DNA of 46,827 nucleotides from Stramenopiles sp. TOSAG23-2 (Eukaryota): NCBI GenBank assembly GCA_900128395.1, contig LT649277.1, positions 1 to 46,827 of the forward strand, read 5' to 3'. Shown piece by piece: positions 42,842 to 46,827 of this stretch (position 1 is its first letter; each line of letters starts with the position of its first letter). The notes under the pieces were generated by a model. It saw only the letters and a program-made list of their open reading frames with translations, ran no database searches and was not told where the DNA came from. The position numbers and the translations under genes were made by a program.

Positions 42842-43455
42842 GGTTGTTTGTTGTTATTTAAATATTCGTGTGTGTGTGTGTGTATGTATGTATATGTATG
42901 GGAGATATAGGATAAAATTGTTATAGATATAGATTAGATTCTTTTCTTTATAAAAAAATATGTGTTTTTATTATTGTGTATTTGTTTTTACTTTTTATAT
43001 TTTTATATATGATATATGATATATGTTTATTAGGGTACTTCTGATAAATGTTATTTTTTTATTGTGCTACTATTATCTCAATTGAATGTAACAACCACTC
43101 CTCCACACCTCATTTTGTGTTGTGTAAAATATTTGAGATGGATGTATTACGAGACAACAAATAAATTGTATTTTACACAGAACGTTTACCACTCTCCTCT
43201 CTTCCCCGCTTTAAGCCTTTTTTTATAAATAAAATCTTTTTAGCTTTTTAGATTTAGATTGTATTTCTTCCTTTTGTATGTTTTGAATTTTTTTGTATGA
43301 TATTGTTGATTTAATCTTTTTATAAATCTACAAATATATACGGTGTTTGAGATAAAATTTAAAGACGATACTAAGAAAGAAGATATATATTTTTATATAC
43401 GTAATATCTAGTTAAAATATTTCTATTATTAAAATTGATATGCGCATATCCAATT

Positions 43456-46174
43456 TCACCTTCTATAATGATTTCCACCACGTCTGTCGTTGAAACCACC
43501 ACGTCTTCTACCATTGTCCCTTCCACCACCATAATAATTTCTTGGACGTTTATTGCCACCACCACCACGGAAAAAGGAACTACCTCCTCCTTCACCACCT
43601 CTTCTGTAATCATGATCTCTTTCTTGACTATCACGTCCTCTTTTTCTACTATTGTTGCTACCATTACCTTCTGACCATCTTCCTGCATGATTGCCACCAT
43701 TACGCGATCTTTGATCATAACCATTCCCACCTCTTCGATCATTATCATAATACCTGTTGTTATTATTATTGCGATAATTATTATTATTATCATTATATCT
43801 TGGTGGTGGTGGTGGTGGTGGTGCTCCATCATCTCCTGGTGGTGGCGATCTTTCACGAGATCGTTCGCGTGATCGTTCACGTGATCTAGATCTACTACGT
43901 TCACGAGGTGGTGCATCATCATTATTCTTATTACCATCGTCATTGTTCACGTTATTGCCATCATTATCACCATCCCTTCTCTCACCCCTTGGTGATGGTG
44001 GTTGATCATAACCTCTACGTCTATCATCACCATCATAACCGCCTCTGTTAAAAGCATTATTATTATTACTATTGTATCCACCATCACGATCATTGAATCC
44101 GCGTCGATAACCGCCACCACCAAGTTCTCTAGGTGGACCACCAATATGTGCAAAGCGACATTGATCTCCACGACTACAAAACCCAGTACGTTGAAATGCA
44201 AAACATGGCTTTTTGTTTCTGTAACCATCACCACCACCATTGTTATTTCTTTGTCTTAAATGAACTGGAATTGGATTTGGACATTTGCTTGCCATATGCC
44301 CTGTTTTACCACATGCATAACATTTCGTTTCGGGACAATTTTTAGAAATATGACCTAATTTTTTGCAAACGAAACATTTCATTTGATCTTTTAAATTTGG
44401 ACATTGATTTGCCATATGACCATATTCACCACATTTGAAACATTGTCGATTATCTACGTCAAGAAACGTGCTTTTATTTGGCTTCGCAGGTGGGCATACT
44501 TCTGGTAATGATGGGGAAGCATTAAGATTGTTATTACTTTCATCATTTTGTTGTTGTTGTTCTTGCGTATCATTGTTAGTAAGTGGAATTGCTTGGCCAT
44601 ATCCACCTAAATTACTTGTTGATGGTACTGGTGGTACATACGCACCATACCCACCTAAATTAGTATCATTCATAGCAGTTGTTGCGCCATAACCACCTAA
44701 ATTAGTATCATTCGTAGCAGTTGTTGCACCATAACCACCTAAATTGGTGGAATTATTGTTGCTATCAGTTTGATCATCACCATTAACCTTTTCATTACTA
44801 TTGAGTGCTGGTGATGGAGCAATATCACCATATAAATCATTTGTTAAAATTTGTGCACTATCATCATTTTCCGTTTTGTTATCATCAACATTGCTTTTGT
44901 CGTTATTGTTCTCGTTGGCACTACTTCCACCGATATTTAATTTCAAACCAACATCTGCACCTTCATCATTTTCACCTTCCAATAACATTCCATTTACACC
45001 TTGTGCATCGACATTTGTAAATTCTTTCATAGCATCGTCGTCCATATTTTCACCTAGCTCTGCTTTTTTAGTTAAATATCTTTCAACTGCACGTCGTAAG
45101 ATTTTATTTGGATGCAAATTCGATGCTTTCACTTCCTCCGTACCACACAGTGGACATGTATTATTTAATTTTTTCAACTTGTCCTTTGCCGCTTTTTTGC
45201 TAACTGTCGCACCACAACATGGTAAATTTACAGCATCAACTAATATTTTCTTTGTAATTGGACAACGAAATTGTTTTGGTATTGCATTACTTGCAGTATC
45301 GTCATCATCGCCATTTCCTGTACCATCTTCACCATCATCATTTTTTTTCGTTGTTGCTAATCCACCCCAAATTGGCGCTGCAGTTTCCCCACCTTCTTTT
45401 CCACCATCTTCACCAACAGCAGCTCCTTCACCTTCTTCGTCTTCTTTTTTACTACCATCCGATTGATCACGTATACGTGCACGCCATGGACCACGACGTC
45501 GACCTTTCATCGAATTTTTCACGGTATTCGATACACGAATTTCCTCTTGACGTTGATTTTCAGCATTTACTGCTAATAATTTAATCTCTGCAGCTTCTTC
45601 CTCTTGCTGTTTATTCAATTCGGCAAGTAATTTTGCTTCTTCATCTTCTTCCTCGTCGTCATCGCCATTATTTTCACCTCCATTTTTTAGATCACCGTTA
45701 TTATCATCACGATCTTCATCCCCTTCTTCTTCATCGGAACTATCCATCATACGTGGATCATATTTTTTTTCTTTCTTTCCATTATCCTTTTTCTCACTAA
45801 CTGATGTTGATGTTTTCGATGAAAATTCATTTCCTAATGACATTCCAGTATTTGATGGTATTGTGGATCCAAGTACTTCATGTCGTAGCATGGAATCTTT
45901 TTTATCTTTCATTTTGATTAAATTCATTTGTTGTATAATACCACCATTTGGACCAGCAGGTGCACGTTTTACAACGACACGTGTATTACGTGGTACATGA
46001 AATTTATCATCACGATATATTTCATTTGTATCGGCATTCGTTACAATTAAATCAAAATCCATACCTTTCTCTAATTTATTGATTTCAACGATGGCATATT
46101 TTAAATCTAATAAACGCATTGTACGCCCTGGAACGGGGATGGTGGTAAAATCAATATTAATAATGTATCGACAT
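43456..46174 (-). CDS. RBBP6: RBBP6/Mpe1-like protein (DWNN, RING/U-box, CCHC knuckles, CCCH finger, RS/RGG tail); N-terminus frameshifted as assembled
   Basis: DWNN motif LLDLKYAI..DFDLIVTNADTNEIY..VPRNTRVVVKRAP. IPKQFRCPI..PCC..CPLC..PNKILR. Three Cx2Cx4Hx4C knuckles and one Cx7Cx5Cx3H finger. MSIHY at 46174-46160 is out of frame. Confidence 0.85.
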
Positions 46175-46827
46175 GATGTTTTTGTTTTTTTTTTTTCTTT
46201 TTACGACGACGTATTTAAAAAAAAAAATATTTTATATGATGTTTTTGGATAAAAATGCGAAAATTGATATAATTCTCTATTAAATCGTATGGTTCTCTCT
46301 TTCTACACGACGATATATATTTCTTGCTAAATACACTCTCAATCAATTATATATAAACACACGCACGAAAAATAAACTTTACTCTCAATATAAGTATATA
46401 TAGTTTATAATATTTTATATAATATATATGTTTGTGTTATATTATTAGAGTTGCTTTTTGAGTGATATTTTTTTTAAAAAATATTATTATTATTATTAAA
46501 TCTTGAATGTTATATACGTTTTTTTCGTATGTTATTATATTACAATAAGTAAGGGATAAGTAGAAATTAAGATCGTATGCGTACTGTTTGTTTTTCACTT
46601 GTTTTTGTTTTGTTTTGTTTTTATTTAGTTTTTTTTAATTATTTAAAACACTTTATATAACTAACCTCAAAATTATTACCTTGTAAAATCTTTTCTAAAT
46701 AATTATTTTATATTTATAACAACGAATAAAATATGTTCTATTATTACTAAAAAACGGGACTTCGACCACTATATATACAGACGATGAAAAATTAAAAAAA
46801 AAAAGAAGACAGACAATTATTCAATAA

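Noticed and set aside
1-46827. Prokaryotic operon or defence-island interpretation
   Set aside because: Spliceosomal introns, eukaryote-specific genes and long microsatellite-rich intergenic regions show this is eukaryotic nuclear DNA.

Overview
AT-rich, gene-dense, intron-poor eukaryotic DNA. It has GT-AG spliceosomal introns, poly-Asn/Thr/Ser microsatellites in coding regions, and TOP1, SEL1L-like, RBBP6-like and cathepsin genes. It is probably from a protist, and a stramenopile-like origin is inference only. There are about 22 protein-coding loci, mostly housekeeping, and no rRNA, tRNA, CRISPR array or autonomous transposon is recognisable. The notable content is a family of three near-identical RI/NLR-type LRR cassettes that share an N-cap, a C-cap and about 50 nt of 3' UTR. 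One is fused to a stonustoxin-like (MACPF/CDC-type) pore-forming region in place of the PRYSPRY domain (4624-7209). One is fused to a SAM-kinase(WW)-COR-C-like protein that is interrupted by several ~100-120 bp duplications (30991-35107). The third is a broken, inverted copy next to the first gene (8322-8786). Within the LRRs the framework is conserved down to synonymous codons, while the exposed xxLxLxx codons vary mainly at codon positions 1-2. Together this suggests a modular, diversifying innate-immune receptor/effector system. Domain calls come from motif recognition by eye, not from database searches.
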